The translations under genes and the position numbers were made by a program. From positions 20,441 to 84,440 of the forward strand of contig JAZQXT010000075.1 of assembly GCA_045633005.1 (NCBI GenBank): a stretch of 64,000 nt of DNA, given 5' to 3'. Positions 1 to 10,018 of the stretch are shown here, piece after piece. Position 1 is the first letter of the stretch. Each line of letters begins with the position of its first letter. Source of the DNA: Eubacteriales bacterium. GTDB lineage: Bacteria > Bacillota > Clostridia > Oscillospirales > CAG-272. The notes beneath the pieces were generated by a model that saw nothing but the letters and a program-made list of their open reading frames with translations, was not told the origin of the DNA and ran no database searches.

Positions 1-822
1 TACCTCAAAGAGATCGGACGCGTTCCGCTTCTTGATGCCAATACCGAGAGGGAACTTGCGGAGATAATGCACGACGAGGAGCAGAGCGAGGCGGCTCGTC
101 AGGATGCGAAGGACAAGCTTGTTGTAGCGAACCTCAGGCTCGTCGTAAGCATTGCCAAGAGATACGTTGGAAAGGGAATGTTCTTCCTTGACCTTATCCA
201 AGAGGGTAACCTCGGACTTATGAAGGCTGTTGAAAAGTTTGATTACAGCAAGGGATATAAGTTCTCCACCTTCGCAACGTGGTGGATAAGACAGGCTATC
301 AACCGCGCTATCGCCGATCAGGCAAGAACTATCAGAATTCCCGTTCATATGGTCGAGACCATACACAAGGTAGCACGTTATCAGCGCCAGATGCTTCAGG
401 AGCTCGGACGCGAGGCTACTGCGGAAGAGATCGGTGAAAAGATGGGAATGGGCGCCGACAAGGTACGCGAGATAATGAAGATAGCGCAAGAGCCCGTATC
501 GCTTGAAACTCCTATCGGCGAGGAGGAGGACAGCCACCTTGGCGACTTTATCCCCGACGACGAGACTCCCGCGCCCGCCGATGCCGCGTCCGCAACTATT
601 CTGCGCGAGGTCATCGACCGCGAGCTTCGCACTCTTACTCCCCGCGAGGAGCACGTTATCAAGCTCCGCTTCGGACTTTACGACGGACGTTGCCGCACTC
701 TCGAGGAAGTCGGCAAGGAATTTGATATTACTCGTGAGCGTATTCGTCAGATAGAGGCGAAGGCACTCCGTAAGCTCCGCCACCCCAGCCGCGCGAAGCA
801 TCTTAAGGGATTTATCGACTAA
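1..822 (+). CDS. rpoD: RNA polymerase primary sigma factor (sigma-70/SigA), 5' end outside window
   Basis: Frame 1 is open from base 1 ([21 protein letters not shown]...), so the ATG at 67 in the ORF track is internal. Region 2 ([39 protein letters not shown]), region 3 (IRIPVHM) and region 4.2 ([30 protein letters not shown]) are visible. Confidence 0.9.
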   Translation, partial: YLKEIGRVPLLDANTERELAEIMHDEEQSEAARQDAKDKLVVANLRLVVSIAKRYVGKGMFFLDLIQEGNLGLMKAVEKFDYSKGYKFSTFATWWIRQAINRAIADQARTIRIPVHMVETIHKVARYQRQMLQELGREATAEEIGEKMGMGADKVREIMKIAQEPVSLETPIGEEEDSHLGDFIPDDETPAPADAASATILREVIDRELRTLTPREEHVIKLRFGLYDGRCRTLEEVGKEFDITRERIRQIEAKALRKLRHPSRAKHLKGFID

Positions 823-990
823 TTTTGGTTGTGCATACTTCACAAAGATAAGAAGAATAAATCGTTGTTAGCGACAATAAATTTGTGAAAAAATGCAAAA
901 GTTGGCTTTTGGCTTTGTGTAAAGTGCAAAATAAAAATTAACAGCCTGTTACGATAACGCTAAAGCTGACAAAAGTGTCGAAAAATCAAC

Positions 991-1019
991 TTGACTTTTT
1001 ATAGGAATTGTAGTAAAAT
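991..1019 (+). promoter_or_regulatory. Sigma-A promoter TTGACT-17-TAAAAT for the 1071 SBP gene
   Basis: Hexamers at 991-996 and 1014-1019 with a 17-nt spacer. A 5'-UTR hairpin GTGCGC-gag-GCGCAC (1035-1049) follows. Confidence 0.55.
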
Positions 1020-1070
1020 ATTATTATAAATATGCGTGCGCGAGGCGCACACCGTAAGGAGGAACCCTTT

Positions 1071-2987
1071 ATGAAAAAACGGATAGTGAGCTTGCTTTTG
1101 TGCCTTGTAATGGCGCTCAGCGTTATTCTCACAGGATGCTCCGGTGGCAACCAGACAGGTGATACCGACGAGGTTACCGATAAGGCATCGTCTTCTACCA
1201 TTACCCTCAAAATGTACGTGGTCTGCGAAAAGCCCGTTTCCGAGGAAACTGCTAAGACCATAAACGCCGCATTTAACAAGATAACCAAGTCCAGCTTCAA
1301 GACTCAGGTAAATCTTAGCTTCTGCACTTATGATACATATTACGATACTATCGAGAACGTTTTTGGTGAGAACCAGAAGCTTGCCGCTCTCAAGGAAGAG
1401 GCAAGAAAGCACCTGAAGGAAGCAAAGAAGGCAGCCAAGGCACAGGGTATTGATGCAAATACCGTAGAGTGGCTTGATGCTTATTATGCAGAGAACCCCC
1501 AGTACGCTCAATTCAGAGGTGAGGATGAAGTGTCCGAGGAGGAGACTTCCGTTACCGCCGAGGAGACCGTAATGGAGGAGATCGAGGGTGCTGACGGCGC
1601 GGCTATAAGCGTTCTTAAATACCCCGACGAGAAGGCAAATCAGATAGATATTTTCTGGTTTGACGGTTATGACAGATATATTGAATATATCGAAAACGAG
1701 TGGGTAGCTGCCGTAGACGATAATGTCGGCGCAAAGCTTAAGGAATATCTTAACCCCGATCTTCTTGCTTGGATCAAGCAGTTCGGTCAGGGAATGACCT
1801 ACGCTATCCCCAACAACAACCCCATTGGCGAGTACACCTACCTCCTTCTTAACAAGGAGCTTATTGACCACTACAGCTACGACCCTGCTACTATGGATTC
1901 TCTTGCTGATTGCGAGAACTTCCTTAAGGACGTGGCAACCTACAGCACGGATTGTCTCCCCGTCGTAGGCGAGCTTCCCATCGTGAATGCTCACTATTGG
2001 TCGTACGATATGTCTACCAACCGCATCAACCCCAACAAGTTCTCCGTTATCGCAAGCAGCACCTTTAATAACCTCATCGGCGGACATATGGATCTTGACG
2101 TGACCAAGACCAATAACCCCGTAATGAGCATTTCTAACATTTTCAGAAATCCCGACTACGTATCTCAGCTCCGTACTATTCAGAAGTATAAGGATCTCGG
2201 TTACGTATCCGCTGCGGCAGGCGCAGATCAGAAGTTTGCTGTAAGCGTTGTTAAGGGCGGCGCAGAGCTTGCTAAGATCTACGGCGATGATTACTATATG
2301 AACGTTCTTGAGTATCCCCGCATTTCCGAGAATGACGTTTGCGGCAGTATGTTCGGCGTTTCCTCTTACTCCGTCAACGTTGCTCGCGCTATGGAGATAA
2401 TTACCGCTATCAATACCAATTCCGCACTTCGCAATATTCTTCAGTACGGTGTGGAAGAGGTTCACTATCAGCTCGATGAGGATGGCAACCTTACTCGCCT
2501 TAACAACGACTATATGATGGACGTAGCAAAGACGGGTAATATGTTTATCGCACATCCCGAGGAGGGCGTTGATGCTGACGTTTGGAGCTTTGCAAAGACT
2601 CAGAACTACAGCGCACTTCCCACTCTCACGCTTGGTTTTGGCATATTCGATCCTGCTAACATCAACAACGAGGGTCCGTCGGCGGGCTCGACAACCACTC
2701 CTCCCACTACCGATGAAAACGGCGAGCCCGTAGAGGAAGAGGATCGCAGACTTGCGGCATATCTCATTCCTCAGGTCGAAAAGATCTCTGCAGAGGTCGA
2801 GGCGGCTCTCAAGGCTGTTAAGAACAGCGAGGAGCTTGAGGCACTTATCACGAAGTATACCGTGGACTGCCAGAAGAACGAGGGCGTTACTACGCACGCG
2901 AGTGCAAGCACTCCTTCTTCCGTATACTATTACTACTTGACTTGGATGCTTGAGTCGGGCTTCAATAGCGAGCTCGTACTTGAGTAA
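1071..2987 (+). CDS. Extracellular solute-binding lipoprotein (ABC-type, large ~638 aa), monocistronic
   Basis: AAGGAGG lies 8 nt upstream of the ATG at 1071. Signal peptide plus lipobox: MKKRIVSLLLCLVMALSVILTGC. The composition is typical of Firmicute sugar-binding lipoproteins. It has its own promoter (991-1019) and terminator (2999-3031). Confidence 0.72.
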   Translation: MKKRIVSLLLCLVMALSVILTGCSGGNQTGDTDEVTDKASSSTITLKMYVVCEKPVSEETAKTINAAFNKITKSSFKTQVNLSFCTYDTYYDTIENVFGENQKLAALKEEARKHLKEAKKAAKAQGIDANTVEWLDAYYAENPQYAQFRGEDEVSEEETSVTAEETVMEEIEGADGAAISVLKYPDEKANQIDIFWFDGYDRYIEYIENEWVAAVDDNVGAKLKEYLNPDLLAWIKQFGQGMTYAIPNNNPIGEYTYLLLNKELIDHYSYDPATMDSLADCENFLKDVATYSTDCLPVVGELPIVNAHYWSYDMSTNRINPNKFSVIASSTFNNLIGGHMDLDVTKTNNPVMSISNIFRNPDYVSQLRTIQKYKDLGYVSAAAGADQKFAVSVVKGGAELAKIYGDDYYMNVLEYPRISENDVCGSMFGVSSYSVNVARAMEIITAINTNSALRNILQYGVEEVHYQLDEDGNLTRLNNDYMMDVAKTGNMFIAHPEEGVDADVWSFAKTQNYSALPTLTLGFGIFDPANINNEGPSAGSTTTPPTTDENGEPVEEEDRRLAAYLIPQVEKISAEVEAALKAVKNSEELEALITKYTVDCQKNEGVTTHASASTPSSVYYYYLTWMLESGFNSELVLE

Positions 2988-2998
2988 TAAACAAAAAC

Positions 2999-3031
2999 GC
3001 GGCGCACCTAAAAGGTGTGCCGCATTTTTTA
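2999..3031 (+). terminator. Intrinsic terminator after the 1071 SBP gene
   Basis: GCGGCGCACC-taaaa-GGTGTGCCGC followed by a T-run. Confidence 0.7.
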
Positions 3032-3733
3032 TAAGAATATCATTGAGCCAACGTCGAAAAGCACTTCGTCCGAAAGCGAGCGGATTGGGGTTTTGTGCCG
3101 AGCGCAAAAATCGCGTATTTTTTCATAGTCGGGATGACGCTCAATGCTTCCCGCAAAGTACAAGGTATCACCGCAAACACCGCTTGCGCCGCCAATAAAG
3201 CCGTATTGGTAAGGCGGGAGCTTGACGTGTCCCGATGATATGAGTAGAGCCTCGCCGCCCTGCGCTGAAAAAGCCTTGCATATCCCCGCATCTGCGGAAA
3301 TTACAGCGCCGTCCGAAAGCGCGGCGCAGGAGCATTTTGCATATCCCTGCGAAACGTCAACTATCGAAAGCCCCGCTTGCTTTGCGAGGGAAACGGCATC
3401 GCCGCAGGTGTACTTTACGTTGCATATTGCGTGTTTTTTAAGGGCGCAAGCGCAAAGGGATACGTCGTTGGGGTAGGACTCGCCTATCACCGTGTCGCAT
3501 AGCCTTATTTCGTAGCCGCACTCGCTGATGCGCGAAAGCTCACGCTCGGCTATCGTGGCGTAGCTCTTGTGTGTCAATACGGTCTTGCCTATACTGAAAA
3601 GCAAAAGGTCTGCGTGCGATGCTATGGGCGCGGAGAGTGATGGATGAGGAGGGAGCAAGACGGGCTCGATTCCGAGCCGCAAAAGCTCATCGCGGCAGGC
3701 GCGGGGTAAACGGCAATCGGTTACACAAAGCAT
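3029..3733 (-). CDS. Conserved hypothetical protein, amidinotransferase/GME-fold-like (recalled as DUF6873-type)
   Basis: GGAGG lies 5 nt upstream of the ATG at 3733 (MLCVTDCRLP...). The ORF-track start at 3778 has no RBS. HADLLLF and a C-terminal GGASGVCGD motif resemble guanidino-modifying-enzyme-fold proteins. The family assignment is from memory only. Confidence 0.5.
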   Translation of the reverse strand: MLCVTDCRLPRACRDELLRLGIEPVLLPPHPSLSAPIASHADLLLFSIGKTVLTHKSYATIAERELSRISECGYEIRLCDTVIGESYPNDVSLCACALKKHAICNVKYTCGDAVSLAKQAGLSIVDVSQGYAKCSCAALSDGAVISADAGICKAFSAQGGEALLISSGHVKLPPYQYGFIGGASGVCGDTLYFAGSIERHPDYEKIRDFCARHKTPIRSLSDEVLFDVGSMIFL

Positions 3734-3791
3734 ATATACCTCCAAAATACAGAAAAGGCTGCCGCAATGCGACAGCATAAATCTGCTCTAA

Positions 3792-3980
3792 TCAGGCGTT
3801 TTCTGCCTTCTTCATGGTGCGCAGACAACGCGCACAGATGCTGACGGTTTTAATGGTTCCGTTCTCGGAAACCTTGACCTTGCGGATATTGGGCTTCCAG
3901 GCTCTGTTGGTCTTACGATGGGAGTGAGAAACAGTATTGCCGAAAACAACACCCTTACCGCAAACGCTGCATTTTGCCAT
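3792..3980 (-). CDS. rpmB: 50S ribosomal protein L28
   Basis: MAKCSVCGKGVVFGNTVSHSHRKTNRAWKPNIRKVKV is the canonical L28 sequence. There is a GGAGGTG RBS. The ORF-track start at 4019 is an upstream extension. Confidence 0.95.
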   Translation of the reverse strand: MAKCSVCGKGVVFGNTVSHSHRKTNRAWKPNIRKVKVSENGTIKTVSICARCLRTMKKAENA

Positions 3981-4094
3981 TCCTGACACCTCCTTAAATA
4001 CTTGAGTCCATAACAACATCGGTAATTATATCACAATATTTTCAAAAAAGCAAGGGGTTTACGAATTATTTTTTATTTAATTTCAAAAATATCC

Positions 4095-5411
4095 TTATTT
4101 TTTTATAATTTCGCCTATTATCGTCGATTTTTCAACCCTCAAAAGCCGAACGGAGACCTCTTTTCCCTTGATGTCAACGTCACTTGGTGCTATTATTTCG
4201 ATAAAGGAGTCGGTGTGTCCCGTTGCCTTGCCGTTTGAAAAGGTTTCAAAAAGCACGCGCCTGACGGGAGCTTTTTCGATTTCTGCGGTGAGTATCTCAC
4301 GCGTTATCTGCTCCTGTAGTGCCGCAAGGCCGGCGGCACGCCGCTTTTTGTCCTCCTGCGATACCTGATTGGGCATTGAGGCGGCGGGCGTTCCCTCGCG
4401 CGGTGAGTAGGGGAAAATGTGCGCTGTCAGAAATCTGTTCTTTTCCAAAAACTCGCGCGTTTCGGCGTATTCCTTTTCGCTCTCACTCGGAAAGCCGACG
4501 ATAACGTCGGTGGTGAACATCACGTCGGGCATAGCCGCTCTCAGCCTCGCCATAGCCGCGGCGGCTTCCTCGGCGGTGTAGCGGCGGTTCATCGCGGCAA
4601 GCGTTTTTGTGGAGCCGCTTTGAAGCGAGATGTGAAAATGGGGAGCTATATGCTTTAGCTTCGATATCTTGCCGACGAACTCCTCGTCAAGCAGAGTGGG
4701 GTATATAGAGCCGAGACGAATACGGGTCTTAGCGCATATTTCGTCAACGCGGCAAAGCAATTCGGCAAGCGTAACGCCGTCAAGGTCGCGCCCGTACGAT
4801 GCGGTCTCAATGCCCGTAAGCACTATTTCGGGGCAACCGTCGGCGACGAATTCGCTGACCTCGCGAAGCACGTCGTCGGGGTGCTTGGAGCGCACGCTTC
4901 CCCGCGCCGCGGGAATGGCGCAGTATGCGCAGCGATTTTCGCATCCGTCCTCAATTTTTATATATACGCGCGTGCGCGGAAAGCTGCGGAGCGACATTTT
5001 TTCAAACGGTGCGCTCCCGATATCGGGAACGTATATGCTTGGTTTTTTTAGCTCTTTCTCCTCTATAAGCTCTGATGCAAGACTTGCGCATCTGAGCTTT
5101 TCGGCGTTGCCGCAAACGGCGCGGACTCCATCTATCTCTGCTATCTTTTGCGGAGCTGACTGCGCGGTGCATCCCGTGACTATTATCGGTGCGCTTGGGT
5201 TTGCGGCGTGAAGTCTGCGTATCATCTGGCGCGATTTACGGTCAGCCTCCGCCGTGACGGTGCAGGTGTTCACGATAAAGGCGTCGCAATCTGCGTCGGG
5301 GTCTACTGCCGTTATGCCGAATGCCGCAAGTGCCTCTGCGATAGCCTCGCTCTCATATTGATTTACCTTACAGCCGAGAGTCAGCATCCCGACCTTTTTA
5401 TTCTTGATCAT
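4095..5411 (-). CDS. mtaB: tRNA t6A37 methylthiotransferase MtaB (radical SAM, MiaB family)
   Basis: N-terminal LTLGCKVNQYESEAI (UPF0004 domain). Radical-SAM CENRCAYCAIP (CxxxCxxC). TRAM-like C-terminus. GGGAGG RBS. Confidence 0.85.
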   Translation of the reverse strand: MIKNKKVGMLTLGCKVNQYESEAIAEALAAFGITAVDPDADCDAFIVNTCTVTAEADRKSRQMIRRLHAANPSAPIIVTGCTAQSAPQKIAEIDGVRAVCGNAEKLRCASLASELIEEKELKKPSIYVPDIGSAPFEKMSLRSFPRTRVYIKIEDGCENRCAYCAIPAARGSVRSKHPDDVLREVSEFVADGCPEIVLTGIETASYGRDLDGVTLAELLCRVDEICAKTRIRLGSIYPTLLDEEFVGKISKLKHIAPHFHISLQSGSTKTLAAMNRRYTAEEAAAAMARLRAAMPDVMFTTDVIVGFPSESEKEYAETREFLEKNRFLTAHIFPYSPREGTPAASMPNQVSQEDKKRRAAGLAALQEQITREILTAEIEKAPVRRVLFETFSNGKATGHTDSFIEIIAPSDVDIKGKEVSVRLLRVEKSTIIGEIIKK

Positions 5412-5540
5412 AACAGCCGCCTCCCGAAAAAATACGTATATATTTTACCATTTACGGCGCAAAAAGTAAACACCTATCGCCGCAAAAAACAAAAAAATGT
5501 CAAAAAAACTTTAATAGGAAAGAATATTTTCAAAATATCC

Positions 5541-5569
5541 TTGAAAATGGCGTGCGATTAGAGTATAAT
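5541..5569 (+). promoter_or_regulatory. Sigma-A promoter TTGAAA-17-TATAAT for upp
   Basis: Hexamers at 5541-5546 and 5564-5569. Confidence 0.6.
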
Positions 5570-5571
5570 AA

Positions 5572-6246
<675 letters not shown>

Positions 6247-6253
6247 GGAATTA

Positions 6254-6280
6254 AAAGGCGGACTGCTGTCCGCCTTTTAT
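6254..6280 (+). terminator. Intrinsic terminator after upp
   Basis: AAAGGCGGAC-tgct-GTCCGCCTTT followed by T(A)T. Confidence 0.65.
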
Positions 6281-6288
6281 ATAAGAAA

Positions 6289-7278
6289 ATGAGAATATTA
6301 AAAATAGAAAAAAACGACGCGGGACAGCGCCTTGACAAGTTTCTTACGAAAGCGGTAAAGGGACTTCCGCAGTCGCTTATGTATAAATTTCTGCGCACGA
6401 AGAAAATAAAGCTCAACCGCAAGCGTGCCGAGCCAAAGACCATGCTTTGCGAGGGTGACGAGGTGGAGCTTTTTATCAGAGACGAGTTTTTTGACTCTCC
6501 CGAAGCCGATACGTCCGCGTACACGCGCATAGAGCCAAAGCTCGATATCGTCTACGAGGACGAAAATATACTTTTGCTTAACAAACGCCCCGGAGTCCTC
6601 GTCCACGAGGACGACGAGGGCAAGGACAATACCCTCGTTATGCATATGCAGGCGTATCTTTATCGCAAGGGCGAATACACGCCCGACGGTGAGCAGAGCT
6701 TTGCCCCCGCGCTTTGCAATCGCATTGACAGAAACACGGGCGGAATCGTTATTGCCGCCAAGAACGCGGCGGCGCTCCGTGATATGAACGAGCGTATCCG
6801 CCTCGGCGAGGTGAAAAAATTCTATCTCTGCGCCGTACACGGCATTCCCGAAAAACGCGCAGACGTACTGCGCGCGTATCTTCGCAAGGACAGCGCGACG
6901 AACACCGTCACCATCAGCGACCGAAAGCGCGACGGCTACAAGGAGATAATCACGGGCTATCGCACGCTTGCCACGGTCGGCAGGGGCGAGGGAGCGCGTT
7001 CACTCGTTGAGATCGAGCTTTTTACGGGCAGAACGCACCAGATACGCGCCCATATGGCGCACGTCGGACACCCGCTTTGCGGAGAGGGAAAGTACGGCGT
7101 GAACCGCGAGGATAAAAAGCTCGGCTATAAGTGGCAAGCGCTTTATTCCTACCGCGTCGGCTTTGCCTTTGAGAAAAAGGGCGGTGCGCTTGATTATCTG
7201 TCGGGCAAGGAGTTTTCGCTGTCCTACGACGACGTGTGGTTCTGCTCGGATTTCGGGGTGGGGAAGTATGGCAAATAA
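6289..7278 (+). CDS. RluA-family 23S rRNA pseudouridine synthase (RluC/D-like, with S4 domain)
   Basis: S4-like N-terminus (QRLDKFLTKAV...LFI). Catalytic-loop motif NRIDRNTGGIV. HQIRAH motif near the C-terminus. Confidence 0.85.
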   Translation: MRILKIEKNDAGQRLDKFLTKAVKGLPQSLMYKFLRTKKIKLNRKRAEPKTMLCEGDEVELFIRDEFFDSPEADTSAYTRIEPKLDIVYEDENILLLNKRPGVLVHEDDEGKDNTLVMHMQAYLYRKGEYTPDGEQSFAPALCNRIDRNTGGIVIAAKNAAALRDMNERIRLGEVKKFYLCAVHGIPEKRADVLRAYLRKDSATNTVTISDRKRDGYKEIITGYRTLATVGRGEGARSLVEIELFTGRTHQIRAHMAHVGHPLCGEGKYGVNREDKKLGYKWQALYSYRVGFAFEKKGGALDYLSGKEFSLSYDDVWFCSDFGVGKYGK

Positions 7279-8842
7279 GCTCCTTCGCCCATCGTCCGCG
7301 TGGCAAAGGCTTCTGTATCTCGCCGCGTCTGCGCTCGCACTCGGGTTTTGTATGTGCTTCCCAACGGCACTCGGCGCGATAATAGAATGGGTGGCGTTCA
7401 TTCCCGCGGCGCTCGTGCTTTTCGCACTTGCAGAAAAGCCGCGCAGAGCGTACCTTTACGGATTTTTCTTCTTCTACGTTATGTATTTCGTGGTGTGGCA
7501 TTGGGTTTTGAGCCTTTATCCGATGGATTTCGTCGGTATGAGCAACGCATCGTCAGCCGCAGTCGTTGCGCTTGCGTGGCTTGGGCTTCCCTTGCTTGCC
7601 GCGATAGTGGGCGGCTTCGTCTTTCTTGTGTTCGCAAGGCTTGGCAAATCCTGCAATAGCGCATTTTTGCCCTTTCTTGCCGCCGCGCTGTGGGCGGTGT
7701 TTGAGTGGACTCAAACGCTGACGTGGGCGGGCGTGCCGTGGGGCAGACTTGCCCTCGGTCAGCTCGTCGGAAACTTCACAGTTACAGCAATGAGTGCGTC
7801 GCTTCTCGGCTCTTATTTCGTTTCCGCCCTCATCATAGCGACCTCGGCTCTCGCGGCTCAGGCGCTCTTGCTCGGAAAGCTGAAATGGCGCGTGATAACC
7901 GCCGCGTCTCTCGCGGTGGGAAATCTGCTTTGCGGCGCGTTGCTCACCGCAATCCCTATGGGCGAGCAGAGCGTAAGGGTGGCGGCGGTGCAGGGAAATA
8001 TCTCCTCGCGCGACGGCTACACTGCCTATACAAACTCGCAAATATGGGAAAAATATGAGAAATACACCCGCCGCGCCGCCGCCGACGGCGCAAAGATAGT
8101 GCTGTGGCCCGAAAGCGTATTTGCATCGCGCTTTCTCTCAAATGACGCGGCGCTTCGCCGAAAGCTTTCAACACTTGCGGATGACTTGGATATCACCCTT
8201 GCCATCGGGTGCTTTGACTACGGCGAGAACCGTGAGATACTTAATTGCATAGCGACCTTTTATCCCGACGGCACGGCGGAGAGTGAGCTTTACTGCAAGC
8301 GACGCCTCGTTCCGTTTGGCGAATATATGCCGTGGCGGACGTTTTTAAGCTTCGTTTTTCCGCCGCTTGCGGAAATTGCCTCGCTTGAGGAGGATATAAT
8401 AGCGGGCGATAGCACCGCTATCGCCGACGGCGGCGACGTTGCCCTCGGCGGTATCATCTGTTTTGACTCTATCTACGAGCCGCTTGCACGCGACAGCGTG
8501 CGCGACGGCGCGGAGCTTTTGCTTCTTTCCACCAACGACTCTTGGTTTGGCACGTCGCGCGCCCTTTATATGCACGTCGCGCAAGCGCGGCTTCGAGCTA
8601 TCGAAAACTCGCGCGGAGTGCTTCGCGCGGCAAGCACGGGTGTTTCGTGCGTTATCTCTCCCACGGGCGCGATAAGCGCAAGCATTGGTGCAAATGAGGA
8701 GGGTTACGTCGTAGCGGACGTGCTGTTGTCGGAGCGCGATACGCCGTATACGCTTGTGGGTAACGCTTTCGTTTACGCCTCGATTGCTTTCGTTTTCTCG
8801 CTTTTTGCGTATCAATGCGCAAAAAAGTGCAGAAAGAAGTAA
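7268..8842 (+). CDS. lnt: Apolipoprotein N-acyltransferase-like protein (polytopic membrane domain + CN-hydrolase domain)
   Basis: Multiple N-terminal TM helices. CN-hydrolase triad context is visible: VLWPES (Glu), CKRRLVPFGEYMP (Lys), GGIICFDSIY (Cys). The ATG at 7268 overlaps the stop of the pseudouridine synthase gene by 11 nt. The ORF-track start at 7163 lies inside the upstream gene. Confidence 0.75.
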   Translation: MANKLLRPSSAWQRLLYLAASALALGFCMCFPTALGAIIEWVAFIPAALVLFALAEKPRRAYLYGFFFFYVMYFVVWHWVLSLYPMDFVGMSNASSAAVVALAWLGLPLLAAIVGGFVFLVFARLGKSCNSAFLPFLAAALWAVFEWTQTLTWAGVPWGRLALGQLVGNFTVTAMSASLLGSYFVSALIIATSALAAQALLLGKLKWRVITAASLAVGNLLCGALLTAIPMGEQSVRVAAVQGNISSRDGYTAYTNSQIWEKYEKYTRRAAADGAKIVLWPESVFASRFLSNDAALRRKLSTLADDLDITLAIGCFDYGENREILNCIATFYPDGTAESELYCKRRLVPFGEYMPWRTFLSFVFPPLAEIASLEEDIIAGDSTAIADGGDVALGGIICFDSIYEPLARDSVRDGAELLLLSTNDSWFGTSRALYMHVAQARLRAIENSRGVLRAASTGVSCVISPTGAISASIGANEEGYVVADVLLSERDTPYTLVGNAFVYASIAFVFSLFAYQCAKKCRKK

Positions 8843-8944
8843 ACCTTAAGTTTCGCTTGCGTTCTTGACTTTTTCTCCGAAAAGGGTTATAATTTATAAG
8901 TATCAAGGTGAAGAATACCGCTGATCTTTAGAGGATGATTATTG

Positions 8945-9553
8945 ATGAACGATATAAAAAACGCAGTAGCAAAAAATATTTCCGAGTTGCGCCAAGCACA
9001 CGGAATGACGCAGATCGAGCTTGCGGAAAGGCTTAATTATTCAGACAAGGCGATCTCCAAGTGGGAGCGTGCCGAGTCCATTCCCGACGTAACGGTGCTC
9101 GTTACGATAGCGGAGCTTTTCGGCGTTACGCTTGACTACCTCGTTCACGAGGAGCATACGGCAGCCGAGCGCAAGGAGGCGGCGAGCGAGCCTATTCACA
9201 AGCATAACCGCCATCTCATCGCCGCAATGTCGGTGATGCTCGTTTGGTTTATATCCCTGCTTGTGTTCGTGCTGCTTGCTCTGTTTGCGCCCTCTGTCAA
9301 GGGCGAATGGCTCTCATTTCTTTACGGCATTCCCGTGGCATCCATCGTGCATCTCGTTTTCAACAGTATTTGGTTTGAAACGAGAAGAAACTATCTGATA
9401 ATTTCAGTCCTTATGTGGTCCATTCTTTTGGCTATCCACGTAACGGTGCTTGTGGCAGGATATAATCTGTGGTTGCTCTACCTTCTCGGTATCCCCGGTC
9501 AGCTCGTTATATTTATGTGGTCAAGGCTTAAAAAAGCTCCTAAAAAGAAATAA
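8945..9553 (+). CDS. XRE-family helix-turn-helix protein with C-terminal transmembrane domain
   Basis: HTH_3 signature (LRQAHGMTQIELAERLNYSDKAISKWERAESIPDVTVLVTIAELFGVTLDYLV) followed by about 4 hydrophobic helices. Confidence 0.8.
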   Translation: MNDIKNAVAKNISELRQAHGMTQIELAERLNYSDKAISKWERAESIPDVTVLVTIAELFGVTLDYLVHEEHTAAERKEAASEPIHKHNRHLIAAMSVMLVWFISLLVFVLLALFAPSVKGEWLSFLYGIPVASIVHLVFNSIWFETRRNYLIISVLMWSILLAIHVTVLVAGYNLWLLYLLGIPGQLVIFMWSRLKKAPKKK

Positions 9554-9596
9554 AATCGGCTCGCATGGAGTGTACTCCAAAGGGGCAGTTTTCAGA

Positions 9597-9635
9597 AATA
9601 CGGCATATCTCGAAAAGAGGTATGCCGTATTTTTG
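9597..9635 (+). terminator. Intrinsic terminator after the XRE-family gene
   Basis: AATACGGCATA...TATGCCGTATT followed by TTTT. Confidence 0.7.
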
Positions 9636-9748
9636 CATTTGTGCCACAAATGCAGTGATTGTCAGGAAAATTGAAAAGCCATAGATGAACACAAGGGAGC
9701 CTTTTTCTTTTTCCCAGAAGGCAATTGGATAAATTTTCACTAAATATG

Positions 9749-9777
9749 TTTACAAACCGCAAAAAATGTGATACAAT
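9749..9777 (+). promoter_or_regulatory. Sigma-A promoter TTTACA-17-(TGa)TACAAT driving a ~235-nt leader
   Basis: Hexamers at 9749-9754 and 9772-9777. TG of an extended -10 at 9769-9770. Confidence 0.55.
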
Positions 9778-9970
9778 AAATTCGCTACACAAAACCGAAT
9801 AAACTTTTAAGGGCTAATGGTCTTTCTATTTATATAGGGATATTATACCCTTTTTTAGGCATACTACTTTTGAATTTGGTAAAAGCGCAAATTCCAACAG
9901 GTAGTATGTCGGATACCATTATCCCGTTTATCTGGTTTTGTGTAGCAGCAATCGGAGTTTGCGTTTTTCG

Positions 9971-9999
9971 GTGCGCTGGCTTCGGTTGGCGCACTTTTT
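9971..9999 (+). terminator. Leader (attenuator-type) intrinsic terminator with UUCG tetraloop, 20 nt upstream of the 10019 start codon
   Basis: GUGCGCUGGC-UUCG-GUUGGCGCAC (10 bp including 3 G.U) followed by UUUUU (9995-9999). The RBS begins at 10006. Confidence 0.6.
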
Positions 10000-10018
10000 A
10001 ATTTTGGGAGGATTTATT

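Noticed and set aside
999-3107. 702-aa ORF antisense to the 1071-2987 SBP gene. Similar long antisense ORFs occur at 18037-19659, 19765-21600, 23515-24675, 35503-36843, 49482-50747, 51081-52115, 55339-56268, 56409-57335, 58986-59753, 61043-62266 and 62353-63252.
   Set aside because: In each case the opposite strand encodes a protein with clear family motifs, an RBS and a signal peptide or lipobox. The antisense translations are low-complexity (rich in L/V/I/C/R/S), lack RBSs and have no recognisable motifs. Their length is a by-product of codon bias that depletes antisense stop codons.
7163-7267. Longer N-terminal extension of lnt from the ORF-track start at 7163. Analogous extensions occur for rsmI (to 25741), rpmB (to 4019), upp (from 5593), the ROK kinase (from 37721) and the SBPs (from 1032 and 35329).
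   Set aside because: The extensions lie inside neighbouring genes or lack an RBS. Internal ATG/GTG/TTG codons preceded by GGAGG-type sites give N-termini that match the family norms.
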